From the NCBI GenBank assembly GCA_046583315.1, contig JAYGCN010000225.1:1-27132 (forward strand): a stretch of 27,132 nt of DNA, read 5' to 3'. This stretch comes from Candidatus Hydrogenedentota bacterium (GTDB lineage: Bacteria; Hydrogenedentota; Hydrogenedentia; Hydrogenedentales; GCA-2746185). Of this stretch, positions 17,901 to 27,132 are shown piece by piece. The notes below the pieces were generated by a model. That model ran no database searches, was not told where the DNA came from, and saw only the letters and a list, made by a program, of their open reading frames with translations. Made by a program: the position numbers and the translations under genes. Position 1 is the first letter of the stretch. Each line of letters starts with the position of its first letter.

Positions 17901-19677
17901 CGGTGCTGGAATCGAGGTGGGGGACGACATCTTCGTTCCTTTGGCTCCAGCCATGATAATTCATCCCGGCACGATCCGCTCAATCGGTAGCGCCACCGAA
18001 CTGCAGCGAGCCCTGATGCACCAGGGCATACCGTCCTCCATGTACGCCTACGACGATTTGGACACCCAACCCGTCTGGCGCGACGATTCACTGATGAACT
18101 CCTTTCGCGACGATATCGGAATTGGCACGTTCTTTACCATTCTCATTGGAAACACCGATCAGAATCCATCCACTGAAGCCTTTTTGAGTCAATTCGACGA
18201 AGTGACACGCAAGACGCTCAATGATCATCTCTCCGAAGCACGACCCGTGTTCGCCTACGACGAAAACGTCCCCTTTGGGCATGCACCAATGCCTACGCTT
18301 GTGCTCGGCGGGGATACCAGTGCGATAACCAGCGCGATGGTGATAGACGTGGTTTCGAATCTTCAAGAAACAGGTGTAGTTACGCTTCAAGCCTCGCAAG
18401 CCCTCACAACCAATCCAGGAAAACGCCCAACTTCAGGATTCGCGATCCTTCATAAGGGCGCCGCGCTCAGCCAGATCCACGAAGACCGTCTTATCCATTA
18501 TCTCTACGCACCACCCGAATTCGAAGATCTCGAAGTTGCCGCTCAACCTCTACAGTTTCACTATGCGGTGTACCCCTTTGCCGGAGGCCTGCGTGATTCA
18601 CAAGTCGCCCACCAGAGTTACGCCTATTCAACGCCTTTGTTATCCACACAGACGACGCTTCATCCCGGCTCCACGCCATCTACCTCCAGCGCACTTGCCA
18701 CCGACGCTGAAAACTTTATCATGACCTCGCTCAAACCCATGCGCGCACCAGACGCATTGATGGGCGAAGACGCGCCATTCCCGGAAGCCCTGATTCTAAG
18801 GGGATACGAAACGGCCGGAGCGCGGAGCAAGGTTCGGCTCACTCCTGGATTCACCGCCTATGCAAGTGCGACCGTCACACCGCTCGAAACCGTGACAACT
18901 TCCCTCGAAACGGTGCAAGAGGATATCCAATTCGCCCTGGAGCCCTACGACATTAAATCCATCGCGCTTTATGTGCCGCCGATTCGCGGCGTACAGCCTG
19001 CCGAATCCCGTACCCTTGCCGCGCCCATATTCAGCCGAGGATGGACCTTTAATGAAGGCCCCATTCCCCTGAACGATCAACGGCTTGTCATACGCATTCA
19101 CGAGCCCTTACCCACGCCTGACGGCCGCGTCACCGTAACCGTAGGCAACAACTCATTATCCGAATCCGTCTCAGGTGATCTCACGGTGACCGTGTCGAAA
19201 GGATGGACGGTCGTGCCCGACACCCATACCTACCGACTTTCCCCGGGTGTCAGCGCGCAATTCGAAATGAACGTCACCCGCGAATCCGGCAACTCATCCG
19301 AATGGGGACTGCTCGCGCAAACCGAACACGAGGGGCGCGTCATTTACGATACACGTGCAACAGTCAACGCTCCTCTTCAGATCGAATCGGCGCGAAAGAA
19401 CAACGAATACCTGATCACCATCAAGAATCCCGGCGGACTTCCCCTCATTGGCCGAGCGACAATTGTGAGTAGCTTCGACCTCAGTGTCGAATCTGCACTC
19501 ATCCCCATTACGCCGCTCACCTCCGAATTTCACATAGCACCTTACGAGGAAAAGAGAATCCTGTACACACGGCACATTGCGGAAGAACCCCGCTGGCTTC
19601 ACGCGAAAATCACCGCAAATGGCCAGACGATTTATCACGTCATGACGCTCGATCCGACTGAAGCGCCAACACCTTAG
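14945..19677 (+). pseudogene. Large secreted GH38 alpha-mannosidase-like multidomain protein (with NEW3-like C-terminal domain), interrupted by a tandem-repeat frameshift into ORFs 14945..17956 and 17917..19677
   Basis: Signal peptide MKPLLTATILTSVLVQSVTAIA; WYVCGPF N-domain; GH38 hallmarks GETLIRNLQYG, QLPQIL, GLDGS, AWRSLL, LIVFNPTNWTRSDLV, VPSLGHKTY, IENDFYRIEF. The second ORF continues with FHYAVYP, TSLKP, LILRGYETAG, LEPYDIKS. Removing two 10-bp repeat units gives one 1570-aa ORF. Alternative start ATG 14915. Confidence 0.82.
17846..17882 (+). repeat. Perfect 10-bp tandem repeat (CCCAACGTCT) x 3.7
   Basis: Direct reading: cccaacgtct cccaacgtct cccaacgtct cccaacg. It coincides with the frame change in the GH38-like gene. 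Confidence 0.95.
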
Positions 19678-21458
19678 ATTAGCGGCTTACCATCGACCCT
19701 GCCCGAATACACTACACCCGTGATACTGCTGATCGTCGGGCCGATATCCTCAATGGACGCCATCCTCGGACGTTTTGCCTTACGAAGACCAGGCCCGTTG
19801 ATAATGATCGGCGTTCGCATCGTCGCTTCCTCCAAAGCACGTCCGCTTCTATCCAGTGAAAACGCGTGTCCATACGGTGAAGCAACAATGATGTACGTAT
19901 TTTTTCGCGTCTCACGATCGCGCACAAATTTCAGCAGGCTCCCCAGTTTCGAATCGATATCCAGCAACGCATTGTCGTAAGAATCAATCGCGCGTGTCCG
20001 GCCATTTTCGGAGAAGCCACCTTCACCCGGATCAAAGTTCTGATAATCAGCCAAATCACGAACGCGTATCAGCATGAAAAACTTCACCCACTCATGTTCC
20101 CCAATCCAGCGCTGCGCACGTTCAACCGTAGCACGTGATCCCTGTTCGGCGCGATAGCCCTCGTCGAAAAGTTCGAATCCTTGCTCCAATCCCTCGCCAA
20201 ACTGAAGTCCGCTGTCCGATACATGCGCACCCTCGGTGAACGCGACCGTCGAATATCCCGCTTCTGACAAACGCGACACGATCGATTCATGATCGCCCGG
20301 AATGCGCAGACTCAATTCATTTATGCCACACAACATCGCCTCGATAGCCTGGCCGGGATCAGCGGTATACGAGTAGCCATTGGGATAGGAAATCCCGGCA
20401 TAGGCGAGTTTATCCAAAGCAGGCGTCACCCCCCGCGAATACCCCATCATCGAAACATGATTCGCCGCCAATCCATCCACAACAATCAAAATTACGTTGG
20501 CACCACGCGCCATGGGACGTTCACGATGCACAAACGGCCCCGACATAATCGCAGAACGCGCTGGGGGCACCGGACCACCCGGCGTCTCGGGTAGCGCATA
20601 AACGATAGGCCGCAATCCCAGCATACGCTGCCAGTTTGGTTCCTTCGTGTGGGTCCATCGCATTTCAAAAGATCGAAACCCTTCCGGAATCACCGCGTTG
20701 GGCACGCGAATTTCACCCAGATGACCAGGTTCTATCGACACCGACTTCTCATAGATAGCCGTTTCTTTGCCGTGCAACACAAAGGTCGCGTACACACGCT
20801 CAAACTCTTCATCGGGAGTAGCAGACCATCGCGTCGTAATCGTCTGCCCTGGCTCGAATTCAACCTTCTGGCTCAACGTCGACCCTTCGAGCATCGAACG
20901 CACATGCGCGTACACGCCCTCATCAAACACCATCAATTCCGTCTCAACAGGTGCCGATGCCCGCGCAGCATCAAGGGAGTGCAGCCATTGATTCGCCAGC
21001 ACGATTGACAAGGTGAGACTCACCATCGATGCGATGACATATCCAAGCGCTCCAGTACGGCTCTCCAGTTTCCCGCGATGAGACCCATAAAACGTTGCCA
21101 GTTTCGTAACAAACTGGATGGCGCCAAAGGCACCGAGATACAGTAGCGGCTCAACTCGGAGCAGTACGGACGAAGGCCACGGAATCGACACATGGAGAAT
21201 ATACGGTATCAGCAAAATGACCGAAGCATTCGAGGCGATTTCTGTCAAATAGGTACTACGCGCTTTCGTCGGCTGATACAGACGCATCGTAGCCATAAAC
21301 GTCGCCTGCACCAGAATATACAGCGAGCCTGTACAAAATATCAGGAGCAAACCCGAAGCAAAATTCGGCACTAGGCCAAGCCCCACCATCGCCGCGCGAC
21401 AAAACACCGCAAACAGTAACGATGCCCCGACAACTATAGCGCAATACAAATAAAGCAC
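19674..21458 (-). CDS. Membrane protein with C-terminal sulfatase/alkaline-phosphatase-superfamily domain, active site degenerate
   Basis: About five N-terminal TM helices, then NVILIVVDGL..H....GY.R..TPALD.LA..G, LSEAGYSTVAF, GFELFD, YDNAL..ID..LG, TPIIINGPG, DIGPTI, DGKPL. GTG start after GGGGG. Confidence 0.82.
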   Translation of the reverse strand: MLYLYCAIVVGASLLFAVFCRAAMVGLGLVPNFASGLLLIFCTGSLYILVQATFMATMRLYQPTKARSTYLTEIASNASVILLIPYILHVSIPWPSSVLLRVEPLLYLGAFGAIQFVTKLATFYGSHRGKLESRTGALGYVIASMVSLTLSIVLANQWLHSLDAARASAPVETELMVFDEGVYAHVRSMLEGSTLSQKVEFEPGQTITTRWSATPDEEFERVYATFVLHGKETAIYEKSVSIEPGHLGEIRVPNAVIPEGFRSFEMRWTHTKEPNWQRMLGLRPIVYALPETPGGPVPPARSAIMSGPFVHRERPMARGANVILIVVDGLAANHVSMMGYSRGVTPALDKLAYAGISYPNGYSYTADPGQAIEAMLCGINELSLRIPGDHESIVSRLSEAGYSTVAFTEGAHVSDSGLQFGEGLEQGFELFDEGYRAEQGSRATVERAQRWIGEHEWVKFFMLIRVRDLADYQNFDPGEGGFSENGRTRAIDSYDNALLDIDSKLGSLLKFVRDRETRKNTYIIVASPYGHAFSLDRSGRALEEATMRTPIIINGPGLRKAKRPRMASIEDIGPTISSITGVVYSGRVDGKPLI

Positions 21459-21571
21459 AATACCCCCATTTATCGACTATCTATAAGAACCCAGAATCCA
21501 TCCAAATCCCGAAAAGTTCCGCATTCACCAAACCCGCCGACACGCCGCAGTTGGTTGTGATCGGCTTGCTT

Positions 21572-21580
21572 TGGTATTAT
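21572..21580 (+). promoter_or_regulatory. Putative extended -10 promoter element for secA
   Basis: TGgTATTAT about 60 nt upstream of the secA ATG, in a divergent intergenic region. Confidence 0.45.
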
Positions 21581-21640
21581 ATCGGCCTGTTTCGCTGTGG
21601 TGAAGTGTACCATGAAGAAAAGACTGGAGATCAATACCCC

Positions 21641-24367
21641 ATGTTGGGCGGCGCTATACTTAAAAAACTATTCGGCACGAGCAAAGAGCGCGACTACAAA
21701 CGCCTCAAACCCGTCATGGACGCGATTCGGGACCTGGAGTCCAAATATGCGGCCATGAACAACAACGAATTGCGCTCGCAGACCGGAATTTTCCGAAATC
21801 GACTCGCTCAGGGCGAAACGCTCGAAGAATTGCTCCCTGAGGCCTTCTCCGTCACACGAGAGGCTGCAAAACGCGTAATTGGATTACGTCCCTTCGATGT
21901 ACAAATGCTCGGCGCGACCGTGCTCCACAACGGAGACATCGCCGAAATGATGACCGGCGAAGGCAAGACCCTGGTCGCCACCATGCCGCTCTATTTGAAC
22001 GCCCTCTCGGGTAAAGGCGCTCACCTCGTCACGGTAAACGACTACCTGGCCCGTCGCGACAAACAATGGATGGGACCCATCTTCGAATTCCTCGGGCTTA
22101 CCGTAGGACTCATCCAGTCCGGGATGGCCACGCAGGATAAACAAGTCGCGTACCGCGCCGACATCACCTACGGTACCAACAACGAATACGGTTTCGACTA
22201 TCTGCGTGACAACATGGCCGTGCATCCAGAAGGACGTGTGCAACGCGATCTCAACTACGCCATCGTCGATGAAGTGGATTCGATTCTCGTTGACGAGGCA
22301 CGCACACCCCTCATCATTTCCGGTCGCCCCGAAAAAAGCACCGACCTCTACCAGAAAGTCGACGAAGTGGTCCGAAAACTCAAAGAAGACGTCGATTACG
22401 AAACGGAGGAGAAGGGCAACCACGCCACCATGACCGAAGACGGCATGGAGAGAGTCGAAGAATTGATGGGTGTGGAAAACCTTTATACGGACGACGCGCT
22501 CGGCATCGTGCACATGATCGAACAGTCCATCAAAGCGCACAAATTCTACAAAAAAGACGACGAATACGTGCTCAATGGCAACGATGTCGTGATCATCGAC
22601 GAATTTACCGGACGTATGATGGAAGGCCGCCGCTTCGGCGACGGGCTGCATCAAGCAATCGAAGCCAAAGAACGCGTCCCGGTACAATTCGAAACCCAAA
22701 CCGTCGCCAGCATCACATTCCAGAATTTCTTTAAGCTCTACAACAAACTCGCAGGCATGACCGGTACCGCCATGACCGAAGCTGCCGAATTCCAGAAGAC
22801 CTATAAACTCGAGGTCTTCGCGATCCCCACCAACCTCCCCCTGATTCGCGAAGATAGTACCGATCTTGTATTCGCCACCGAAGATGGAAAATTTCGATAC
22901 GTCGCTAAAGAAATCGAAGAACTCCACAAAACCAATCGCCCGATCCTCGTCGGTACAGTCTCGATTGAACGCTCCGAAAGATTGGCGAAGTTTCTCGAAG
23001 ATCGCGGTATCAAAAACTACGAAGTACTCAACGCCAAACAACACGAGCGCGAGGCCGCTATCATCGGTAATGCGGGCAAACCCGGCGCCATCACCATCGC
23101 GACAAACATGGCCGGGCGTGGAACCGACATCAAACTCGGCGAAGGCGTTCGTGAAAGTGGGGGACTCGCAATCATCGGCACTGAGCGCCACGAATCCCGC
23201 CGCATCGACAATCAATTACGTGGACGCTCTGGGCGTCAAGGCGATCCCGGCTCCACCCGATTCTACGTCAGCCTCGAAGACGAAGTCGCACGACTCTTCG
23301 GTGGCGACAAGGTCAAACGCCTCATCGACATGTTCGGCGGCGATGCCATGGACGAAGATCCGCTCGACCAAAAAATGGTGACCCGTTCCATCGAACGCGC
23401 CCAGGGCCAGGTCGAAACGCACAACTTCGAAATCCGCAAACAAGTCGTACAATACGACGACGTGATGAACAAACAACGACTCGTCATCTACAAAATGCGC
23501 CAAGACGTGCTCGAAGATCGCGACGTGACCGATCTCATTCACGAAATGATAGAAGAAATCATTCTCGAAGCCATTGATCAATACACTCCCAAAGACCTGC
23601 AACCGGAAGAATGGGATGTCGACGGGCTCATCAAACGCCTGCGCATGGTCTTTCACTTCGAACCCAACATGGATGAGCACGCCTCTGGCAATACCGAGGA
23701 AATGTCCGAAGTATTCATGGAACAGATTCTTACCGAATACGAAAACCGAGAGAAGGGTATTGGCGAAGAAATACGCAAGAGTTTTAAGGAGCAGGTCGGA
23801 GGCGACGATTCGCACATTGATTTCGCGCAACTCGCCCGAAAACGGGTGCACGATCTCGAAAAAATGGCCTTGCTCGATGCCGTGGATGAAAAATGGATTG
23901 TCCACCTCTACTCCATGGACTACATGCGCGATTCCGTACGCATGCGTGCGCTGGGTCAACGCGATCCACTCCTCGAATACAAGACCGAAGCCTTCAGCAT
24001 GTTCCAGGAGTTGTTGCTCGCCATCTACGAACGCACCCTTCAATCCCTGTTCCGCGTGACCTCGCCAGAGCTACGCAAAAAACGCGAACTCAGTGTGGCG
24101 CGAGGCGACGATCCCGAAGAAGATCCCATGGCGCATCTCCAAAAATATTCTCACCTGAGCGAACAAAAGAGTCCCGACCAGAGTTTCGGTTCCAACGGTG
24201 CCAATCAACTCGCAGGTGGCGGTGGTCCATCAAACGCCAATCCACAAGAACCGAAACGCCGCGCCCCGCAACCCATCAAACGTGTCGGCGACAAAGTAAA
24301 ACCCAACGATCCTTGCCCCTGCGGAAGCGGGAAGAAACACAAAAAGTGTTGCGGCGCCAACAAGTAG
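21641..24367 (+). CDS. secA: Preprotein translocase ATPase SecA
   Basis: EMMTGEGKT, VTVNDYLARRD, GFDYLRDNM, IVDEVDSILVDEARTPLIISG, GLHQAIEAKE, IATNMAGRGTDI, ERHESRRIDNQLRGRSGRQGDPG and C-terminal SEC-C CPCGSGKKHKKCCG. ATG 21641 follows GGAGA; 908 aa. Confidence 0.99.
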   Translation: MLGGAILKKLFGTSKERDYKRLKPVMDAIRDLESKYAAMNNNELRSQTGIFRNRLAQGETLEELLPEAFSVTREAAKRVIGLRPFDVQMLGATVLHNGDIAEMMTGEGKTLVATMPLYLNALSGKGAHLVTVNDYLARRDKQWMGPIFEFLGLTVGLIQSGMATQDKQVAYRADITYGTNNEYGFDYLRDNMAVHPEGRVQRDLNYAIVDEVDSILVDEARTPLIISGRPEKSTDLYQKVDEVVRKLKEDVDYETEEKGNHATMTEDGMERVEELMGVENLYTDDALGIVHMIEQSIKAHKFYKKDDEYVLNGNDVVIIDEFTGRMMEGRRFGDGLHQAIEAKERVPVQFETQTVASITFQNFFKLYNKLAGMTGTAMTEAAEFQKTYKLEVFAIPTNLPLIREDSTDLVFATEDGKFRYVAKEIEELHKTNRPILVGTVSIERSERLAKFLEDRGIKNYEVLNAKQHEREAAIIGNAGKPGAITIATNMAGRGTDIKLGEGVRESGGLAIIGTERHESRRIDNQLRGRSGRQGDPGSTRFYVSLEDEVARLFGGDKVKRLIDMFGGDAMDEDPLDQKMVTRSIERAQGQVETHNFEIRKQVVQYDDVMNKQRLVIYKMRQDVLEDRDVTDLIHEMIEEIILEAIDQYTPKDLQPEEWDVDGLIKRLRMVFHFEPNMDEHASGNTEEMSEVFMEQILTEYENREKGIGEEIRKSFKEQVGGDDSHIDFAQLARKRVHDLEKMALLDAVDEKWIVHLYSMDYMRDSVRMRALGQRDPLLEYKTEAFSMFQELLLAIYERTLQSLFRVTSPELRKKRELSVARGDDPEEDPMAHLQKYSHLSEQKSPDQSFGSNGANQLAGGGGPSNANPQEPKRRAPQPIKRVGDKVKPNDPCPCGSGKKHKKCCGANK

Positions 24368-25839
24368 TCGCGATAGTCATCGTTCTGTTCTGGGCCGCCA
24401 TGATGGGCCCACTACTCTATCGCCATTGGGCTCAAGATACCGCCATCCCCTTTGAATCCGCTGGGTTCACCAAACCCACCGACACCTGGATGGGCATCTA
24501 CATCCAATCCGCCGATGGAAGTGAATCCAAAATTGGTTACATGCGCACCCAATCCCAGCCCACCGTCGAAGACGGCGATCCCGGAATCGAATATCGCCTC
24601 ACCCTGAAACTCGCCACGCAACTTCTTTCCTTCCCGGCAGAAATTTTCCTGACCGGTTCATCCCGCGTTTCTCAAGAACACGGCTTGCAACGTGTCCAAT
24701 TCTCCGTCGACTCCTTCAAAGAACACGTGATGCAGGCGAGCGGCGAAGTCATCGGTGACGAATTTCGCATGAACATCAGAACCGCAGGGGAGACCTTCCC
24801 CATGACCCTGCCGATCAATCGCAACATGATGATCAGTGGGGGACTCGGCACCACAGCACTTCACATACCCTCCCTGGAAATCGGTGACGAAGTCGTCGTA
24901 CCCACCTTCGATCCCCTCACCTTCACCTACACCCAACGATCCACCATACGCTGCGTCGATACCGACACCTTCACCTTCGAAGGCGAAACCATTCCCGTCA
25001 AAGTGCTCGAAACAGAAGTCAACGGAATTACCAGCACCATGTGGGTCACCCTCGAAAACGAAGCCGTCCGCATCAAAACCCCCTTCGGCTTCCACCTGCG
25101 AAAAATAACGCCACACGAAGCACTCACCAACCCCACCCAAGGCAACGCGACCGATTTCCTTGACGCGATGGCCATCCGCCCCAAAGGCAAGACACCCTTC
25201 CGCGGCGCCAAATCGATGACCTTTCGGCTCGACGGATACCCGGATTCCGTGCAGCCGCCCAGCGATTCCATCCAACGCGAAATCGAACCTCGGATATTCA
25301 CCGTGGCACCGCCCGCGCCAATCGAATCAACTCTGTTGGTGCAAGCCATCACGCCCTTCGCCGATTCCTTGAACGGCGACGCTTTCGTGCAAACCGAACA
25401 CGCTTCCATTCTCGCCATTCGCGACGCGATTATCGATCCCGAGGCCCCCGTCTGGCAAAACGCCATGGCCATCTACGACTGGTGCTGGACCGAAATCGAA
25501 AAGAAACCCGTGCTCAGTTTCCCTTCCGCCATCGATGTCGCGCAATCCCGCGAAGGCGACTGCAACGAACACACCGTTCTCTTCACTGCGATCGCGCGGT
25601 CTGCCGGAATTCCCACCCGCATGGCCATCGGCATCGTGTGGAGCGACGCGCTCGTCGGCTTCTATTACCACGCATGGCCCGAGGTCTACATCGATCAGTG
25701 GATTCCGATGGACCCCACCCTGGGCCAGCCCATCGCCGACGCAACACACGTAAAATTTCTGGAAGGCAACATGGACAGTTGGCCCCAACTCATGGCGTTT
25801 CTGGGGCAAGTCGAACTGGAGGTCATCGAAATTCAATGA
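24346..25839 (+). CDS. Membrane-anchored transglutaminase-like (Cys-His-Asp) protein
   Basis: N-terminal TM (VVAIVIVLFWAAMMGPLL); GDCNEH, ARSAGIPTR, YYHAWPEVY and WIPMDPT give an intact triad. Start GTG 24346 or TTG 24349 overlaps the secA 3' end; the ORF-track start at 23893 is an overextension. Confidence 0.88.
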   Translation: MLRRQQVVAIVIVLFWAAMMGPLLYRHWAQDTAIPFESAGFTKPTDTWMGIYIQSADGSESKIGYMRTQSQPTVEDGDPGIEYRLTLKLATQLLSFPAEIFLTGSSRVSQEHGLQRVQFSVDSFKEHVMQASGEVIGDEFRMNIRTAGETFPMTLPINRNMMISGGLGTTALHIPSLEIGDEVVVPTFDPLTFTYTQRSTIRCVDTDTFTFEGETIPVKVLETEVNGITSTMWVTLENEAVRIKTPFGFHLRKITPHEALTNPTQGNATDFLDAMAIRPKGKTPFRGAKSMTFRLDGYPDSVQPPSDSIQREIEPRIFTVAPPAPIESTLLVQAITPFADSLNGDAFVQTEHASILAIRDAIIDPEAPVWQNAMAIYDWCWTEIEKKPVLSFPSAIDVAQSREGDCNEHTVLFTAIARSAGIPTRMAIGIVWSDALVGFYYHAWPEVYIDQWIPMDPTLGQPIADATHVKFLEGNMDSWPQLMAFLGQVELEVIEIQ

Positions 25840-26570
25840 TAGAAACGATACATCTGAGCAAGAAATTCGGCGATAAACTCGCCGTAAATGAACTCAACCT
25901 GCACATCAAAAAAGGCGAATTCTTCTGCTTCCTTGGACCCAACGGTGCAGGAAAAACGACCACCATCAAAATGCTCACGGGCCTCATTCAAGCGACCAGT
26001 GGTACCGCCAAAATAGGCGGATTCGACGTTCAATCCCACCCCGTCGAAACCAAAAAGCTGCTCGGCTACATTCCCGATCACCCCTTTCTCTACGAAAAAC
26101 TCACCGGACGCGAATTTATGCGATTCGTAGGCGGTCTCTATCAAATGCCCGAAGAAAGCCTCGGCGACTCGATAGAAGAACTGCTCAAAATTTTCGAGAT
26201 CGCCAAAGTGGGGGACCAACTCATCGAAAACTACAGCCACGGCATGCGCCAAAAACTCTCCTTCGCATCCTGTTTCCTCCATGACCCAAAAGTCGTCATC
26301 GTCGATGAACCCTGGGTAGGGCTCGATCCCAAAAACATCCGGGCCGTCAAAGATTTCCTCAAACGCAAGACCCAGGAAGAGGGCCTGACCGTGATGATGT
26401 CAACCCATACCCTGAGCATCGCCGAAGAAGTCGCCGACCGCATCGGCATCATCAACCTAGGCAAACTGCTCCACGTCGGCACTGTAGCTGAAACCATGAA
26501 CCTCGCTGATTCCCCCGAATCCCTCGAAGAAGTTTTCCTCGAACTTACCAAAGGGGAAGACGAAGAATGA
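25836..26570 (+). CDS. ABC transporter ATP-binding protein (ABC-2/DrrA-like)
   Basis: Walker A GPNGAGKTT, signature YSHGM, Walker B VVIVDEP, H-loop STH. ATGA overlap with the upstream gene; 244 aa. Confidence 0.95.
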   Translation: MIETIHLSKKFGDKLAVNELNLHIKKGEFFCFLGPNGAGKTTTIKMLTGLIQATSGTAKIGGFDVQSHPVETKKLLGYIPDHPFLYEKLTGREFMRFVGGLYQMPEESLGDSIEELLKIFEIAKVGDQLIENYSHGMRQKLSFASCFLHDPKVVIVDEPWVGLDPKNIRAVKDFLKRKTQEEGLTVMMSTHTLSIAEEVADRIGIINLGKLLHVGTVAETMNLADSPESLEEVFLELTKGEDEE

Positions 26571-27132
26571 GCCAGATATCCACCGTACTCTGGTCCAAAC
26601 GCAGGATGGCCCGGCACCACCTCGCCTCCGTACGTACCGAATCAAAACTCAAGATGGGCGTCGTCGGCTCAGCAGCCGTCCTCCTTTGGTACGGCATTCT
26701 CTCCACCTTTAGTTGGGCCTTTCACTGGCTACAACGCAGTGCCTTCGACGATGTCGTCAACGTGGGTGACACCGTCACCTTGGCCGAAGTGCTCATGGCC
26801 CGGCTTCTCTCCGTATTTGCACTCGCCCTGTTTTTCATGCTCATTTTTTCCAATACCCTCATCGCCTTCTCCACACTCTACAAAGCCAAAGAGGTGCAAT
26901 ACCTCCTGCAGGCACCCTTGGCCGTCCGGAACCTCTTCCTCGCGCGCTTCATCGAATGCGTCAGCTTCAGTTCCTGGGGCTCAGCCTACCTCGGCTCCCC
27001 GCTAATCCTCGCCTACGGAATGGCTACCGACGCCCACTGGCTCTACTACATCACCGCACTCGCTTTCTACGTCCCATTCGTCATGATCCCCGCAGCAATC
27101 GGATGCATTATCACCCTCATCCTCGTCAGAAT
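26567..27132 (+). CDS. Putative ABC transporter permease, N-terminal part (runs off window edge)
   Basis: Not in the ORF track; ATG 26567 (ATGA overlap) opens MSQISTVLWSKRRMARHHL...LFFMLIFSNTLIAFSTLYKAKEVQYLLQAPL...LFLARFIE...PLILAYG, with several TM helices and no stop to the edge. Confidence 0.85.
   Translation, partial: MSQISTVLWSKRRMARHHLASVRTESKLKMGVVGSAAVLLWYGILSTFSWAFHWLQRSAFDDVVNVGDTVTLAEVLMARLLSVFALALFFMLIFSNTLIAFSTLYKAKEVQYLLQAPLAVRNLFLARFIECVSFSSWGSAYLGSPLILAYGMATDAHWLYYITALAFYVPFVMIPAAIGCIITLILVR

Noticed and set aside
21884..24043. Long antisense ORFs (443 aa and 275 aa) opposite secA
   Set aside because: Shadow frames of a highly conserved gene with biased codon usage; no recognisable motifs.
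23893..24345. 151-aa N-terminal extension of the transglutaminase ORF overlapping secA
   Set aside because: Arg/Ser-rich off-frame translation of secA; the credible protein begins at the TM segment near 24346.
1..27132. Plus strand appears C-rich and G-poor throughout
   Set aside because: Judged by eye only; consistent with ordinary replication-strand skew, with no visible switch or island boundary.

Overview
Gene-dense bacterial chromosomal window with no rRNA, tRNA, CRISPR or mobile element visible. The mix of a CFI-box-CTERM protein, an H-X9-DG prepilin and large secreted glycoside-hydrolase-like proteins suggests Candidatus Hydrogenedentota or a PVC-like lineage (inference). Left to right: (1) a minus-strand surface-glycosylation cassette (ArnT/PMT-like GT, polyprenol-P GT2, DegT aminotransferase with a 1-bp frameshift, partial methyltransferase); (2) a HAD hydrolase, a GT2 and a GH42-like protein; (3) a near-consensus sigma70 promoter and a cobalamin riboswitch with an intact kissing loop, heading a closed three-gene operon (secreted CFI-box-CTERM protein, BtuH-like secreted protein, prepilin/H-X9-DG protein) with no TonB receptor or ABC transporter. 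This is the best candidate for an undescribed, possibly pilus-linked corrinoid capture system; (4) a degenerate GH78-like domain fused to an intact L,D-transpeptidase; (5) a ~1570-aa GH38-like gene interrupted by a 10-bp tandem repeat; (6) a membrane sulfatase-fold protein; (7) secA followed by overlapping transglutaminase and ABC transporter genes. Four hydrolase scaffolds here (GH42-, GH78-, GH38- and sulfatase-like) appear to lack canonical catalytic residues. All family assignments come from motif recognition by eye, not from database searches.
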